Below are positions 1-10,110 of a stretch of DNA of 64,000 nucleotides, piece by piece (the stretch's first letter is position 1; every line of letters begins with the position of its first letter). The notes under the pieces were generated by a model. That model was given only the letters and a program-made list of their open reading frames with translations. It did not search any database and was not told where the DNA came from. Source of the stretch: an uncultured Pelagibacteraceae bacterium (GTDB taxonomy: Bacteria > Pseudomonadota > Alphaproteobacteria > Pelagibacterales > Pelagibacteraceae); assembly GCA_902567945.1 (NCBI GenBank), contig CACFOC010000001.1:20343-84342 (forward strand), given 5' to 3'. Position numbers and translations under genes: made by a program.

Positions 1-1338
1 ATAGCAATGGTAAATCTCTTCTTTTGTAAGATTTTTTATTATCTCGTAGTTTGATAAAGCTAATTTTTTCCAATCTTCTCTATCAAAAATTTCAGAAACA
101 AAAATTAGAGTACTTAACCAATAAGCATTTAAATCCATTTGAGTTTTATCATCGAAAAAAGGCTTTGGTCTTTTTTCCCTAATATTTAAAAGTTTATTTT
201 TTATTTTTTTTATTTTTTCACTTTCTTCTTCAGTCGGAGTAATACTTTTTTCGATTAGAATGTTTTTACCTTCCCAATTACCATTTTCTGAAATATCGAA
301 ATACTTAGCAAAAATTTCATAATCTTTATCAAGATGTTTTCTTAATTCCTTATCTTCCCATACATAGTATTTACCCTCAACACCTTCGCTATCAGCATCA
401 TAGGCAGATCCTATTAGATTTTCTTTATTTTTAAATGATGTAGTAATAAATTCTACTGTTTGAAAAAGTTTATCTTTATAATATTTTTTTGGCTCTTCAA
501 GATAGAACTGACCTAATAAGTTAATAAATAAAATATTGTCATAAAACATTTTTTCAAAGTGGGGCGCTATCCACCTATCATCAGTTGAATATCGTGCTAT
601 ACCTCCCTGTAAGTGATCATACAAGCCTCTTGAACAAACGTTATCAATTAAAATTTTAACAGCTTCATAGAACTTTTTATTTTTATTTTTTTTATAAAAA
701 TGCAAAAAACTTTCGAATACATAAAATTGAGGAAATTTTGGACTTCCATGGAATCCTCCCCATTCAAAATCAATGTATTTAAGCATAGCTTCAAGGTGTG
801 GAGCTAAATTTTGTCCAACAACCGAAGATTTTTTTTGACCATCTTGAAAAATATTTTTTAGTTGTGCAGCTTGTTGAATAATTTTATCTCTATTTTTTTC
901 ATAGAAATCAGAAACTTGATTAAGAATATTTGTAAAAGAAGGTCTTCCATACATTTCTTGCGGAGGAAAGTAAGTGCCACCAGTAAATGGTACTCCATTT
1001 TCGTCTAAAAACATCGATAAAGGCCAACCTCCTGGTGTTCCTGTTAAAATTGCTAAGCTTTTTTGAAAAATATTATCTAAATCCGGTCTTTCTTCTCGAT
1101 CAACTTTTATATTAATAAATTTTTCATTCATGACCGCAGCAGTATTTTTATCTTCAAAACTTTCATGAGCCATAACATGACACCAATGACAACTTGCATA
1201 ACCAACGCTTAAAAAAATTGGTTTTTTAGATTGCTTTGATTTTTCCAAAGCTTTCTTATTCCATGGATGCCAATGAACTGGGTTATTCTCATGTTGTTTT
1301 AAATAAGGGCTTTTTTCGTTTTTAAGTAAATTACTCAA
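1..1338 (-). CDS. Thioredoxin-domain protein of the YyaL/DUF255 family, N-terminal ~446 codons; C-terminus lies beyond the window start
   Basis: Absent from the ORF track because there is no stop inside the window. My reverse-strand translation from TTG at 1338 (an in-frame TAA lies just upstream) reads LSNLLKNEKSPYLKQHENNPVHWHPWNKKALEKSKQSKKPIFLSVGYASCHWCHVMAHESFED...KVDREERPDLD...GGWPLSMFL. It stays open to base 1 (...KEEIYHCY). The SCHWCH thioredoxin-like motif and overall layout are typical of this family. The TTG start is tentative. Confidence 0.8.
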   Translation of the reverse strand, partial: MSNLLKNEKSPYLKQHENNPVHWHPWNKKALEKSKQSKKPIFLSVGYASCHWCHVMAHESFEDKNTAAVMNEKFINIKVDREERPDLDNIFQKSLAILTGTPGGWPLSMFLDENGVPFTGGTYFPPQEMYGRPSFTNILNQVSDFYEKNRDKIIQQAAQLKNIFQDGQKKSSVVGQNLAPHLEAMLKYIDFEWGGFHGSPKFPQFYVFESFLHFYKKNKNKKFYEAVKILIDNVCSRGLYDHLQGGIARYSTDDRWIAPHFEKMFYDNILFINLLGQFYLEEPKKYYKDKLFQTVEFITTSFKNKENLIGSAYDADSEGVEGKYYVWEDKELRKHLDKDYEIFAKYFDISENGNWEGKNILIEKSITPTEEESEKIKKIKNKLLNIREKRPKPFFDDKTQMDLNAYWLSTLIFVSEIFDREDWKKLALSNYEIIKNLTKEEIYHCY

Positions 1339-1404
1339 GTAATGACCTATTAATTAATTTAGAATGTAATTGACAATAATACATTAGAATGGTCTACTTA
1401 GTAC

Positions 1405-1495
1405 ATAGCGCCGAGTTGAATCAGATTGCGGGCGCTTTAAAAATCCAGCTAAAGCGACATTCCTAGACCACTGCTTTAGCCGGTGGTTTTTTTTT
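1405..1495 (+). promoter_or_regulatory. SAM-II-like riboswitch aptamer with expression platform (antiterminator/terminator), first of a tandem pair in the bhmt leader
   Basis: A GC-rich island in AT-rich DNA. P1 pairs AGCGCC (1407-1412) with GGCGCT (1431-1436). CGCTTTA (1433-1439) can pair with TAAAGCG (1450-1456), a conserved AAAGC-type 3' element. The same GCTAAAGC (1448-1455) can alternatively pair with GCTTTAGC (1473-1480). Hairpin CCACTG/CGGTGG (1468-1473 with 1481-1486) is followed directly by T9 (1487-1495), an intrinsic terminator. Confidence 0.5.
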
Positions 1496-1517
1496 GAAAC
1501 TCAATATTTCAGTTGAA

Positions 1518-1580
1518 AACCGGGTATTTAACCGAATTGTGCACCCGACATTCGTCAAAGCACTAAATACGGAGGGTAAT
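1518..1580 (+). promoter_or_regulatory. SAM-V-like H-type pseudoknot riboswitch candidate adjacent to the bhmt Shine-Dalgarno
   Basis: P1 pairs CGGGT (1521-1525) with ACCCG (1543-1547). The loop contains ATTGTGC, resembling the AUUGCAC core I recall for SAM-V. The 3' tail AAAGCAC (1557-1563) can pair GCAC with the loop GTGC (1539-1542), giving a pseudoknot. SD GGAGGG lies at 1571-1576 and the ATG at 1585. Confidence 0.45.
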
Positions 1581-1584
1581 AGAC

Positions 1585-2670
1585 ATGAAAAACGATAAAG
1601 AAATGTCTAAAGATAGAAAAAGAAGTTTAATCGAAAGATTAAACTCAGGACCTGTGATTTGCGCAGAAGGTTTTCTTTTTGAAATAGAAAAAAGAGGATA
1701 CATGGCATCTGGAGAATTTGTTCCTATGGTTTCATTAGAACATCCAGAAGCTTTAGAAAATCTTCATAGAGATTTTCAACATGCTGGTTCAGACATAGTA
1801 CAAGCATTTACCTATAATGGTCATCGTGAGAAAATGAAGGTTATTGGTAAAGAAGAACTATTAGAGCCACTTAACAGAGCTGCACTAAAAATAGCGAAAA
1901 AAGTTGCGACTAGTCCCATTGGAAAAGAACCCAACTTGATGGCTGGAAATATTTCAAACTCAAATATTTGGAATGACAAAGATCCAAAGACGCATTTGGA
2001 AGTTGAAAAAATGTTTTCAGAGATGGTTGGCTGGGCTGTTGATGAAGGTGCAGACATGCTAATCGGAGAAACTTTTTATTATGCTGCAGAGGCTTATACA
2101 GCTTTAAAAGTAATGAAAAAAACTGGACTTCCTTCAGTTATTACAATTGCTCCCATGGGAGAAAATATTATGAGAGATGGTATTTCCATTGTAAATACTT
2201 GCAAAGAACTAGAGCAACTTGGAGGAGAAGTAGTAGGCATGAATTGTTTTAGAGGACCAAACACAATGATGCCTTACATAAAAGAAGTTAGAAAAGTTCT
2301 AAAATGTCATGTTGCAGCTTTGCCTATTAACTTCAGGACAACTGAAAAACATCCTACTTTTTTTAATTTACCAGATAATAATGGATGTACTTGTAATACG
2401 CCACACAAGACTCCATTTCCCACGGCATTAGATCCAATGCAATGTAATAGATATGAAATTGGTAAATTTGCAAAAGAAGCTTTTAATCTTGGTGTAAATT
2501 ATTTAGGTGTATGTTGTGGGGCAAATCCTATGCTAATTAGAGAAGTAGCGGAGGCCGTTGGACTAAAAGTACCTGCTAGTAAATATAGAGAAGATATGTC
2601 TACTCATATGTTATTTGGAACACATAAAAGAATTCCAAAACATCAGAGAGATTATATGGATAAAGCTTAA
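1585..2670 (+). CDS. bhmt: Betaine-homocysteine S-methyltransferase (homocysteine S-methyltransferase/Pfam S-methyl_trans family)
   Basis: 361 aa. The N-terminal region ICAEGFLFEIEKRGY...EHPEALENLHRDFQHAGSDIVQAFTY closely resembles animal/bacterial BHMT. C-terminal Cys cluster GVCCGA is the Zn site. A strong SD lies upstream. Confidence 0.85.
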   Translation: MKNDKEMSKDRKRSLIERLNSGPVICAEGFLFEIEKRGYMASGEFVPMVSLEHPEALENLHRDFQHAGSDIVQAFTYNGHREKMKVIGKEELLEPLNRAALKIAKKVATSPIGKEPNLMAGNISNSNIWNDKDPKTHLEVEKMFSEMVGWAVDEGADMLIGETFYYAAEAYTALKVMKKTGLPSVITIAPMGENIMRDGISIVNTCKELEQLGGEVVGMNCFRGPNTMMPYIKEVRKVLKCHVAALPINFRTTEKHPTFFNLPDNNGCTCNTPHKTPFPTALDPMQCNRYEIGKFAKEAFNLGVNYLGVCCGANPMLIREVAEAVGLKVPASKYREDMSTHMLFGTHKRIPKHQRDYMDKA

Positions 2671-3221
2671 TTGGAATATGGAGATCGACTAAATATTTTT
2701 TTAACGTAAGGCTCAAAGTCTTTAAGCGTTAATGATTTAAAATTGGGATCAAATGATTTTTGGTCCCAATTTTCACAAAAGTTTATAGTATCTTGATAGT
2801 ATATATGGCCCTTGTATTTATCTCTTTGGTTTCTGTTTCCATTTAAATGGTGCGCATAATAATACATTTGAAATTCACCATGCTTTTCTATTATCCAATG
2901 AGTTTTTTCATTTACATAAGGTTTTAAAACTGCGGCGGCATACTCTGAATGATTTAATGGAGCTAATTCGTCACCAATATCATGGAATAATGCAGCAACT
3001 ATCATTTCATCATTAGCCTTGTCATTCAAGGCTCGCGTTGCTGTTTGCAACGAATGTTCTAATCTTGTTACTTGATACCCTTCTAAAGTATTATTTAATC
3101 CACTCATAAATTTGATTAGCCTATCAGCAGTGCCTTCTATATATTTTTTTTCATGCTTATCTAAGAGTAAGTACTCTTCTTTTGTACCATCTTTCATTTG
3201 TTTAAATTTTACTTTTTCCAT
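2667..3221 (-). CDS. HD-domain protein, PhnZ/TmpB-like putative mixed-valent diiron oxygenase
   Basis: 184 aa. It shows the FHDIGD HD motif plus extra conserved-looking His residues (LEHSLQ, LNHSEY, HWIIEKHGE) and a distal Asp (NWDQKSFD), an H..HD..H..H..D pattern. Its start overlaps the end of the upstream Fe/2OG oxygenase gene by 13 nt. Confidence 0.6.
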   Translation of the reverse strand: MEKVKFKQMKDGTKEEYLLLDKHEKKYIEGTADRLIKFMSGLNNTLEGYQVTRLEHSLQTATRALNDKANDEMIVAALFHDIGDELAPLNHSEYAAAVLKPYVNEKTHWIIEKHGEFQMYYYAHHLNGNRNQRDKYKGHIYYQDTINFCENWDQKSFDPNFKSLTLKDFEPYVKKIFSRSPYSN

Positions 3222-4315
3222 TTCAAATTAAACTTTCTTTCCAAAAATCTTAATCTTCCTTCTGTGGAATCGTGGTCAATATAACAGCCTTTTAAAAATC
3301 TTTTTCCTTCACTTTTACTAAAAGATGTTCTTCCATGTAATGTTCGATAATTATCAAACATTATTATGTCTCCAACTTCTAACTTAAATTTTAATTCAAA
3401 TTTTTTTGAAGCACATAATTTTGAAAATAATCTTCTTGCTTGATAGAATTTTTCTAATTGTTTTTTCTCAAGAATAGGCACATAATCTAACCTTGGGCTA
3501 TGTCTTATTTGTTTTGGTTTTCTATTATCATCTAACTCAATTATTTCACCCCAATTTTCAAGAATTATATCTTTATCAACAAATCTAAACCTTACCTTTG
3601 TAGATGAAAGTATATTAAATAAATCTTTATGTTTTTTTCTTAAATATTCAGCTACTGCAAATCCATCAACTACCGTTGAAAAGCCTCCTTTAACTTCATT
3701 GTAGATGCAATGTAACAACTGAATACAAGGGACAGGTTTCCTATAGGGATTATCAGTGTGAGCTGCAATATGATGATCAGTATAAGCAAGGTCATTATAA
3801 TTTTTTTCAGACCTAACATTAAAAGTAGTACCAAAATTAGTTGGACGAACTGTACCGATTGAATTTGCAAATTTTACAAGAAAATCTTCATCATCAGGTG
3901 TATTTTTTATAATAACAAAGCCATATTTATAAAAATTTTGTAATAGATCATACATATTAATTGTATCAAACATATGATCCCTAAAGTTTGTTTTGGGTAT
4001 ATTTTTTAGTTTTGAACTCCAAAATATAGGATTTTCATAAGGTAAATTTTTATTTAGCTCATAAAACAATTCTTTAATTTCATAATCAAATTTAATTCCG
4101 TCATTAAAATTTATATTTAAATGTCCGTTAGATATTGAGGCCTTTTTTATTTTTAAATTGGTGTTTAACTCAGAAGGGTCATACAATCTCTGGTCAGTAT
4201 TTTTATCATGCAAACTATTTAATCTGGCTCTTTCCCTAAGCCAAAGTGGATGTATTTCTAATTTTTTTTTGGGCAATTTTAAAAATACTTTATTTTTTGC
4301 AATTTCAATTCTCAC
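3209..4315 (-). CDS. Gamma-butyrobetaine hydroxylase-like Fe(II)/2-oxoglutarate dioxygenase (TauD/TfdA superfamily), TmpA-like
   Basis: 368 aa. The N-terminal domain is DUF971-like (IHPLWLRERA). The facial triad region reads AAHTDNPY...LLHC, with the distal motif NYRTLHGRTSF. Confidence 0.7.
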   Translation of the reverse strand: MRIEIAKNKVFLKLPKKKLEIHPLWLRERARLNSLHDKNTDQRLYDPSELNTNLKIKKASISNGHLNINFNDGIKFDYEIKELFYELNKNLPYENPIFWSSKLKNIPKTNFRDHMFDTINMYDLLQNFYKYGFVIIKNTPDDEDFLVKFANSIGTVRPTNFGTTFNVRSEKNYNDLAYTDHHIAAHTDNPYRKPVPCIQLLHCIYNEVKGGFSTVVDGFAVAEYLRKKHKDLFNILSSTKVRFRFVDKDIILENWGEIIELDDNRKPKQIRHSPRLDYVPILEKKQLEKFYQARRLFSKLCASKKFELKFKLEVGDIIMFDNYRTLHGRTSFSKSEGKRFLKGCYIDHDSTEGRLRFLERKFNLKWKK

Positions 4316-4393
4316 GTTATTATTTTATATTTTTTTATTGTTATCCTCAACAAGAAGATATACTCAAACTTTACTGATTTAATTAAATCAAAG

Positions 4394-5257
4394 ATGAAAA
4401 TACAAGATATATTTATTGCGTTATTGGTGCCTATAATTTTAGGTTTTGGCTTCGTAATTGCAAAACCTGCTATGCAATATTTTCCACCATATTTGTTAAT
4501 GGGAATGCGTTTTACTATACCAGCTTTATTACTTGTTTGGTGGTTTCCTATACCTAAAGGATTGTATTTGGATTTATTTAAGGTTTCATTTATAGGAAGC
4601 ACTTTACAATATGGATTAACGTACTCAGGGTTAAACATTATTGATGCATCTTCAGCTGTTCTTCTTGTACAACTCGAGGTTCCTTTTGGAATTATAATTG
4701 CATTCTTCTTATTAAAAGAAATTCCATCTATAAAAAATATAATCGGTTTAGTTATTGCTTTTATCGGAACATATATCCTTACAGGAGCTCCCAACCTTGA
4801 AGGCAAGTATGTTGGTGTTTTATTAGTTTTAGCTGGAGCTTTTACATGGTCGCTTGGAGCTGTTATGGCAAAATCTCTTAGTAAAAAAATAGATGCATTC
4901 GCATTAATGACTTGGCTTTGTGTATTTTCTGGACCAATGTTATTACTTGTATCATTAATTTTTGATGGGAATCCAGTTACTTATTTTTTATATGCAGACA
5001 CAAATAGTTGGTTAACAGTAATTTTTCTTGGGTTTTTTTTGCAACCAGTTGGTTATGGAGCATGGTACTATGTTTTAAAAAGGTACCAAGTCAATAAAGT
5101 TATGCCAGTATTGCTTATACTTCCAGTGACAGGTTTAATAACATCTATTTTTTTACTAGGAGAAGATCCTCCAAAGCAAGTTTTTCTTGGAGGTTTAATT
5201 ATAATTTTTGGAGTTGGTTTGATATTATTTACAAAAAAAAAATCAAAATATGAATAA
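4394..5257 (+). CDS. EamA/DMT-superfamily transporter
   Basis: 287 aa, about ten hydrophobic segments in a two-repeat EamA-like layout. The antisense ORF 4312-4806 is judged spurious. Confidence 0.75.
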   Translation: MKIQDIFIALLVPIILGFGFVIAKPAMQYFPPYLLMGMRFTIPALLLVWWFPIPKGLYLDLFKVSFIGSTLQYGLTYSGLNIIDASSAVLLVQLEVPFGIIIAFFLLKEIPSIKNIIGLVIAFIGTYILTGAPNLEGKYVGVLLVLAGAFTWSLGAVMAKSLSKKIDAFALMTWLCVFSGPMLLLVSLIFDGNPVTYFLYADTNSWLTVIFLGFFLQPVGYGAWYYVLKRYQVNKVMPVLLILPVTGLITSIFLLGEDPPKQVFLGGLIIIFGVGLILFTKKKSKYE

Positions 5258-7700
5258 GTCGTTACCCAAGAATGCAAAAGTAGTAATTATAGGTGGAGGA
5301 GTTGCCGGATGTTCTACAGCTTATCATCTCGGAAAATATGGTTGGAAAGATTTAGTTTTATTAGAAAGAGATCAATTAACATCAGGATCAACTTGGCATG
5401 CAGCTGGCTTAGTTAGTCAATTAGGACCATCCGCAGCAGTTACAAAAATTAGAAAATATTCTCTGGAACTTTATAAAAAATTAGAAAAGGAAGTTGATTT
5501 TTCAAGCGGACTTAAGTTGAATGGCGCTCTTTCAATCGCCACAACAAAAGGGAGATGGCAAGAATTATTAAGACAAGCAACAACTGCACAATTGTACGAT
5601 GTTAATGTAGAAGTTTTGAATATCGATCAGATCAAAAAAATTTATCCAGTAATTAATGAAAAAGGAGTATATGGAGGAATTTTTATGCCAGGAGATGGTC
5701 AAGCTGACCCTGTTGGCGTAACTAATTTGTTAGCGAAAGCAGCCAGAAATGAAGGTGTTAAAATATTTCAAAATTCACCTGTTCAAAAAATTCTTACAAA
5801 AAATGGAAGAGTTCATGGCGTAAAAGTTAAAGATCAAACAATCGAGTGTGAGTATGTAGTTTTAGCAACTGGGATGTGGTCAAGACAAATAGGAGAAGAT
5901 ATGGGCATTAATATTCCATTATATCCGGCGGAACATTTTTATGTAATTACCGAGCCAATAAATGATCTTCCTAAAGATATTCCTGTTCTCAGAGATTTTG
6001 ATGATAGTTTATACTTAAAAGAAGATGCTGGGAAAATGTTGATTGGAATTTTTGAAGGAAAATCAATTCCAGCATTTAACAAAACTAATAGAGTTCCAGA
6101 AGATTTTTCATTTGGTGAATTTCCTGAAAATTTTGAACATTTTGAGCCTTATTTAGAAGCATCTTTAAAAAGAGTGCCAATTTTAAAAAAAGCTGGGATA
6201 AGAAAATTTTTTGCAGGGCCAGAATCATTCACACCTGACACAAATACATTACTAGGAGAAGTTCCAGAAGTTAGAAATTTTTTTGTTTGCTGCGGATTTA
6301 ATAGTATTGGAATTGGTAGTGGAGGAGGAGCTGGGAAAGTAACAGCTGAATGGATAATGAATGGTCACATCAATGAAGATTTGTTTATATACGATATAAA
6401 AAGATTTCAAAAATTTCATTCAGAAATTAATTTTATTAAAGAAAGAATAACGGAAACTTTGGGAGATCTGTATGGAATGCACTGGCCATATAAACAACAT
6501 AAAACTTCAAGAAATAAAAAATTGTTTCCATATCACGAAGAATTAAAAAAAGCTGGCGCATGCTTTGGAGTATCATCAGGTTATGAAAGGCCATTATGGT
6601 TTGCTTTAAATAACGCGAAACCAGAAACTAAATATAGTTATAATTATCAAAATTGGTATCCGTCAGTAGAATTTGAAACAAAAAATGCAAGGAAGAATAT
6701 TGGTTTATTCGATTTAACAGCTTTTTCTAAGTATGATTTAAAAGGAGAAAAAACTCATAGCGAGTTGCAAAAAATTTGTACCGCAAATATTAAAAATGAA
6801 ATAGGAAAAACGACTTATACACAAATGTTAAATGAAGATGGTGGAATAGAAACAGATTTAACAGTTGTTTGTATAGATAAAAATTATTTTAGAATTGTTA
6901 CTTCCGCAGCAAACCGAGAGCACGATAAGTTTCATATTTTAAAGTATTTATCAAAAGAGATAGAATTTAAAGACGTCACCGAGGAGTTTGCTTGTCTCGG
7001 CGTGTTTGGCCCCAAAAGCAGAAGTTTGATGTCAAAATTATCAAATGATGATTTTTCTAATAAAAATTTTAAATTTGGGACGGGCAAAGAAATAAAAATA
7101 AATAACAATATAATTTGGGCACAAAGATTATCTTACGTTGGTGAACTTGGGTTTGAGCTTTATATAAAAATGAAAGAATCCACAGAAATACATAAATTGA
7201 TAGTCGACAAAGGTAAAGAACTTAATCTTTCACATTGCGGAATGTTTGCAATGGATACAATGAGAATGGAGAAGGGATACTTGCACTGGGGACACGACAT
7301 GTCGCCTGAAGAAAATCAATATGAAGCAGGATTAAAATTCGCAATAAGTTTTAAAAAAAATATTGATTTTGTTGGCAAGAAAGCAATTGAGAAAATACAA
7401 AATAAAAAAATTAAAAAGATGATGGTAATGCTTACTTTAAAAAATAATAAACCAGGGGCTCCATTGTTACTACATGATGAACCTATTTATTGTGATGGTA
7501 AAATAATTGGAAGAACCACTTCAGGAAACTATTCATTTAATTACGAAAAAAATATGTCACTAGGATATATTAATTTAAATTCTTCAATTAAAGATTTGAC
7601 AAAGAAAACTTTCTTTATTGAAGTTGAAAAAAAAAAATATGAAGCTATTTTGTTAACCAAGCCGCTTCATGATCCAGAAAATAAAATAATAAAAAGCTAA
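5250..7700 (+). CDS. Dimethylglycine/sarcosine dehydrogenase family flavoprotein (DAO domain plus GcvT-like THF-binding domain)
   Basis: 816 aa. The N-terminal FAD fold is [17 protein letters not shown]. The C-terminal aminomethyltransferase-like domain contains [10 protein letters not shown]. It overlaps the eamA end by 8 nt. Confidence 0.85.
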   Translation: MNKSLPKNAKVVIIGGGVAGCSTAYHLGKYGWKDLVLLERDQLTSGSTWHAAGLVSQLGPSAAVTKIRKYSLELYKKLEKEVDFSSGLKLNGALSIATTKGRWQELLRQATTAQLYDVNVEVLNIDQIKKIYPVINEKGVYGGIFMPGDGQADPVGVTNLLAKAARNEGVKIFQNSPVQKILTKNGRVHGVKVKDQTIECEYVVLATGMWSRQIGEDMGINIPLYPAEHFYVITEPINDLPKDIPVLRDFDDSLYLKEDAGKMLIGIFEGKSIPAFNKTNRVPEDFSFGEFPENFEHFEPYLEASLKRVPILKKAGIRKFFAGPESFTPDTNTLLGEVPEVRNFFVCCGFNSIGIGSGGGAGKVTAEWIMNGHINEDLFIYDIKRFQKFHSEINFIKERITETLGDLYGMHWPYKQHKTSRNKKLFPYHEELKKAGACFGVSSGYERPLWFALNNAKPETKYSYNYQNWYPSVEFETKNARKNIGLFDLTAFSKYDLKGEKTHSELQKICTANIKNEIGKTTYTQMLNEDGGIETDLTVVCIDKNYFRIVTSAANREHDKFHILKYLSKEIEFKDVTEEFACLGVFGPKSRSLMSKLSNDDFSNKNFKFGTGKEIKINNNIIWAQRLSYVGELGFELYIKMKESTEIHKLIVDKGKELNLSHCGMFAMDTMRMEKGYLHWGHDMSPEENQYEAGLKFAISFKKNIDFVGKKAIEKIQNKKIKKMMVMLTLKNNKPGAPLLLHDEPIYCDGKIIGRTTSGNYSFNYEKNMSLGYINLNSSIKDLTKKTFFIEVEKKKYEAILLTKPLHDPENKIIKS

Positions 7701-7712
7701 AAAGGAGGAAAT

Positions 7713-8654
7713 ATGAAAATTGGTTTTATAGGCTTAGGTAATGTAGGAGGTAAACTTGCTGGAAGTTTATTAAGAAATAAATTTGATTTAACTGTTATAG
7801 ATTTAAACGCTAGTTTAGTGAAAGATTTTGTTTCCAACGGATGTATATCAGCAAAATCACCAAAAGAATTAGCAGAAAAAGTCGATTTAATAATAACATG
7901 TCTCCCATCCCCTAAAATTTGTGCAGAGGTAATGGAAAAAAAAGATGGAGTTATTGAAGGACTTTCTAAAGAAAAAATTTGGTTAGAAATGAGTACAACA
8001 GACGATAAAGAAGTAAAGAGAATAGGTGAGTTAGTAAAATCAAAAGGAGCTATTCCATTAGATGCCCCTGTAAGTGGAGGCTGTCATCGCGCAGCAACTG
8101 GAAATATTGCCATATTTGTTGGAGGTGAAAGAAAATCTTTTGAAAAAATATTACCTGTATTAACTACAATGGGTCGGCAAATTTTACATACAGGTGAACT
8201 TGGGACAGCATCAATTTTAAAAGTTATTACAAATTATTTAGCATCGACCCATTTAGCAGCTTTAGGTGAAGCTTGGGCTGTAGCCAAAAAATCAAATTTA
8301 GATATAAAAAAAACATTTAAAGGCATTCAAGTTTCATCTGGAAATTCATTTGTTCATGAAACAGAAAGCCAAGTAATTTTAAATGGTTCCTACAATATAA
8401 ATTTTACTATGGATTTAGTGGAAAAGGATATGACTTTGTTTAATAATTTATCAAAAAAACTAAATATACCATTAGAAATTTCACCTTTAGTTTTAAGTAT
8501 TTTTAAAGATGCCCATAAAAAATATGGATCAAAAGCTTGGTCATCAATGGTAGTTAAAAGGCTAGAGGATATTTGCAAAATAAACTTTAGAGCTAGCGGA
8601 TTTCCTGATGAATTAGTTGATAATGAAAAAGAAGAAAAAGGTTATGAAATATAA
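7713..8654 (+). CDS. NAD(P)-dependent beta-hydroxyacid dehydrogenase (3-hydroxyisobutyrate dehydrogenase family)
   Basis: 313 aa. The Rossmann motif is MKIGFIGLGNVGGKLA. The SD upstream is strong (AAAGGAGGAAAT). Confidence 0.75.
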   Translation: MKIGFIGLGNVGGKLAGSLLRNKFDLTVIDLNASLVKDFVSNGCISAKSPKELAEKVDLIITCLPSPKICAEVMEKKDGVIEGLSKEKIWLEMSTTDDKEVKRIGELVKSKGAIPLDAPVSGGCHRAATGNIAIFVGGERKSFEKILPVLTTMGRQILHTGELGTASILKVITNYLASTHLAALGEAWAVAKKSNLDIKKTFKGIQVSSGNSFVHETESQVILNGSYNINFTMDLVEKDMTLFNNLSKKLNIPLEISPLVLSIFKDAHKKYGSKAWSSMVVKRLEDICKINFRASGFPDELVDNEKEEKGYEI

Positions 8655-8678
8655 TTTATGTGATAATAGTAATTCAAA

Positions 8679-10109
8679 ATGTTAGACAAAAGAAATTTTT
8701 ACATAAATGGAAAATGGGTAAAACCTTCAAAATCAAATGACTTTGAAGTTATAAACCCATCCAACGAAGAATCGTTTGCTGTTATATCTCTAGGATTTAA
8801 AGAAGACACAGACTCGGCAGTAAAAGCGGCAAAAAAAGCCTTCGATAAATGGAAAGAAACTTCAAAAGAAGAAAGATTAAAACTTTTGGAAAAATTACTG
8901 AAAGTTTATAAAAAAAGATCTAAAGAAATGTCCGAGGCAATTTCAATGGAAATGGGTTCCCCCATAGATTATTCATCCTCTACGCATACTACTTCTGGGC
9001 AATCTCATTTAGAAGATTTCATATTAAGATTAAAAGAATTTAATTTTGAAAAACATTTTGATTCAAAATCAAACAATCATATAAGTTATGAACCAATCGG
9101 AGTTTGTGGTTTAATTACTCCATGGAATTGGCCAATTAACCAAATAGCTTTAAAAGTAGCCCCAGCTTTTGCTGCAGGCTGCACAATGATACTTAAACCA
9201 TCAGAGATAGCACCCATCTCTGGAATGTTGTTTGCTGAAATGATAGATGAAGCAGGATTTCCACCAGGAGTATTTAATTTAGTTAATGGTGATGGAGCAG
9301 GAGTTGGTACAAATATATCCGGTCATCCCGATATCGATATGATCTCTTTTACAGGATCAACAAGAGCAGGAAAATTAATTTCAAAAAATGCAGCTGATAC
9401 AATTAAAAGAGTTTGTTTAGAACTAGGAGGCAAAGGTGGAAATATTGTTTTTGCAGATTCTTATCCTCAAGCAGTTAGAGATGGGATTAGAAATGTAATG
9501 AGTAATTCTGGACAATCATGTGACGCCCCAACAAGAATGCTTGTAGAAAAATCCATTTATGAGAGAGCAATTAAAGAAGCGGCAGATGAAGCAAATAAAA
9601 TTAAAGTAGATTTTGCATCAAAAAAAGGAGATCATATAGGTCCTGTAGTTTCAAAAGCTCAATATGATAAAATTATTAACTTAATTAAAAGCGGAATTGA
9701 TGAGGGCGCTACATTGGCCACTGGAGGACCCGAACTTCCAAATAATTTGAATAAAGGTTATTTTATTAAACCAACAATTTTCACAAATGTTACAAACAAT
9801 ATGCAAATAGCAAAAAAAGAAATTTTTGGACCAGTCCTTTCAATAATTTCATTTGAAACAGAAGAAGAAGCAATTAAAATTACTAACGATACAGAATATG
9901 GCCTTGGAAACTATTTACAAACCGAAGATAAAGAAAAAGCAAAAAGAGTTGCAAAAAAGTTAAGATCTGGAATTGTTTATATTAATGGAAAAGCAGCAGA
10001 TTCCGGAACGCCTTTCGGCGGATATAGACAATCTGGAAATGGGCGTGAAGGTGGTACGTGGGGACTAGAAGAATACTTAGAGGTAAAAACAATTACTGGA
10101 TGGGAATAA
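8679..10109 (+). CDS. NAD(P)+ aldehyde dehydrogenase (betaine-aldehyde-dehydrogenase-like)
   Basis: 476 aa. ALDH hallmarks are present: ITPWNWP, FTGSTRAGK, ELGGKG, and catalytic Cys in GQSCDAPTR. Confidence 0.85.
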   Translation: MLDKRNFYINGKWVKPSKSNDFEVINPSNEESFAVISLGFKEDTDSAVKAAKKAFDKWKETSKEERLKLLEKLLKVYKKRSKEMSEAISMEMGSPIDYSSSTHTTSGQSHLEDFILRLKEFNFEKHFDSKSNNHISYEPIGVCGLITPWNWPINQIALKVAPAFAAGCTMILKPSEIAPISGMLFAEMIDEAGFPPGVFNLVNGDGAGVGTNISGHPDIDMISFTGSTRAGKLISKNAADTIKRVCLELGGKGGNIVFADSYPQAVRDGIRNVMSNSGQSCDAPTRMLVEKSIYERAIKEAADEANKIKVDFASKKGDHIGPVVSKAQYDKIINLIKSGIDEGATLATGGPELPNNLNKGYFIKPTIFTNVTNNMQIAKKEIFGPVLSIISFETEEEAIKITNDTEYGLGNYLQTEDKEKAKRVAKKLRSGIVYINGKAADSGTPFGGYRQSGNGREGGTWGLEEYLEVKTITGWE

Positions 10110-10110
10110 A

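Noticed and set aside
4312-4806. 164-aa ORF on the minus strand
   Set aside because: It lies entirely antisense to the well-supported EamA transporter gene. Its composition is low-complexity (I/K/N-rich), and it has no family resemblance.
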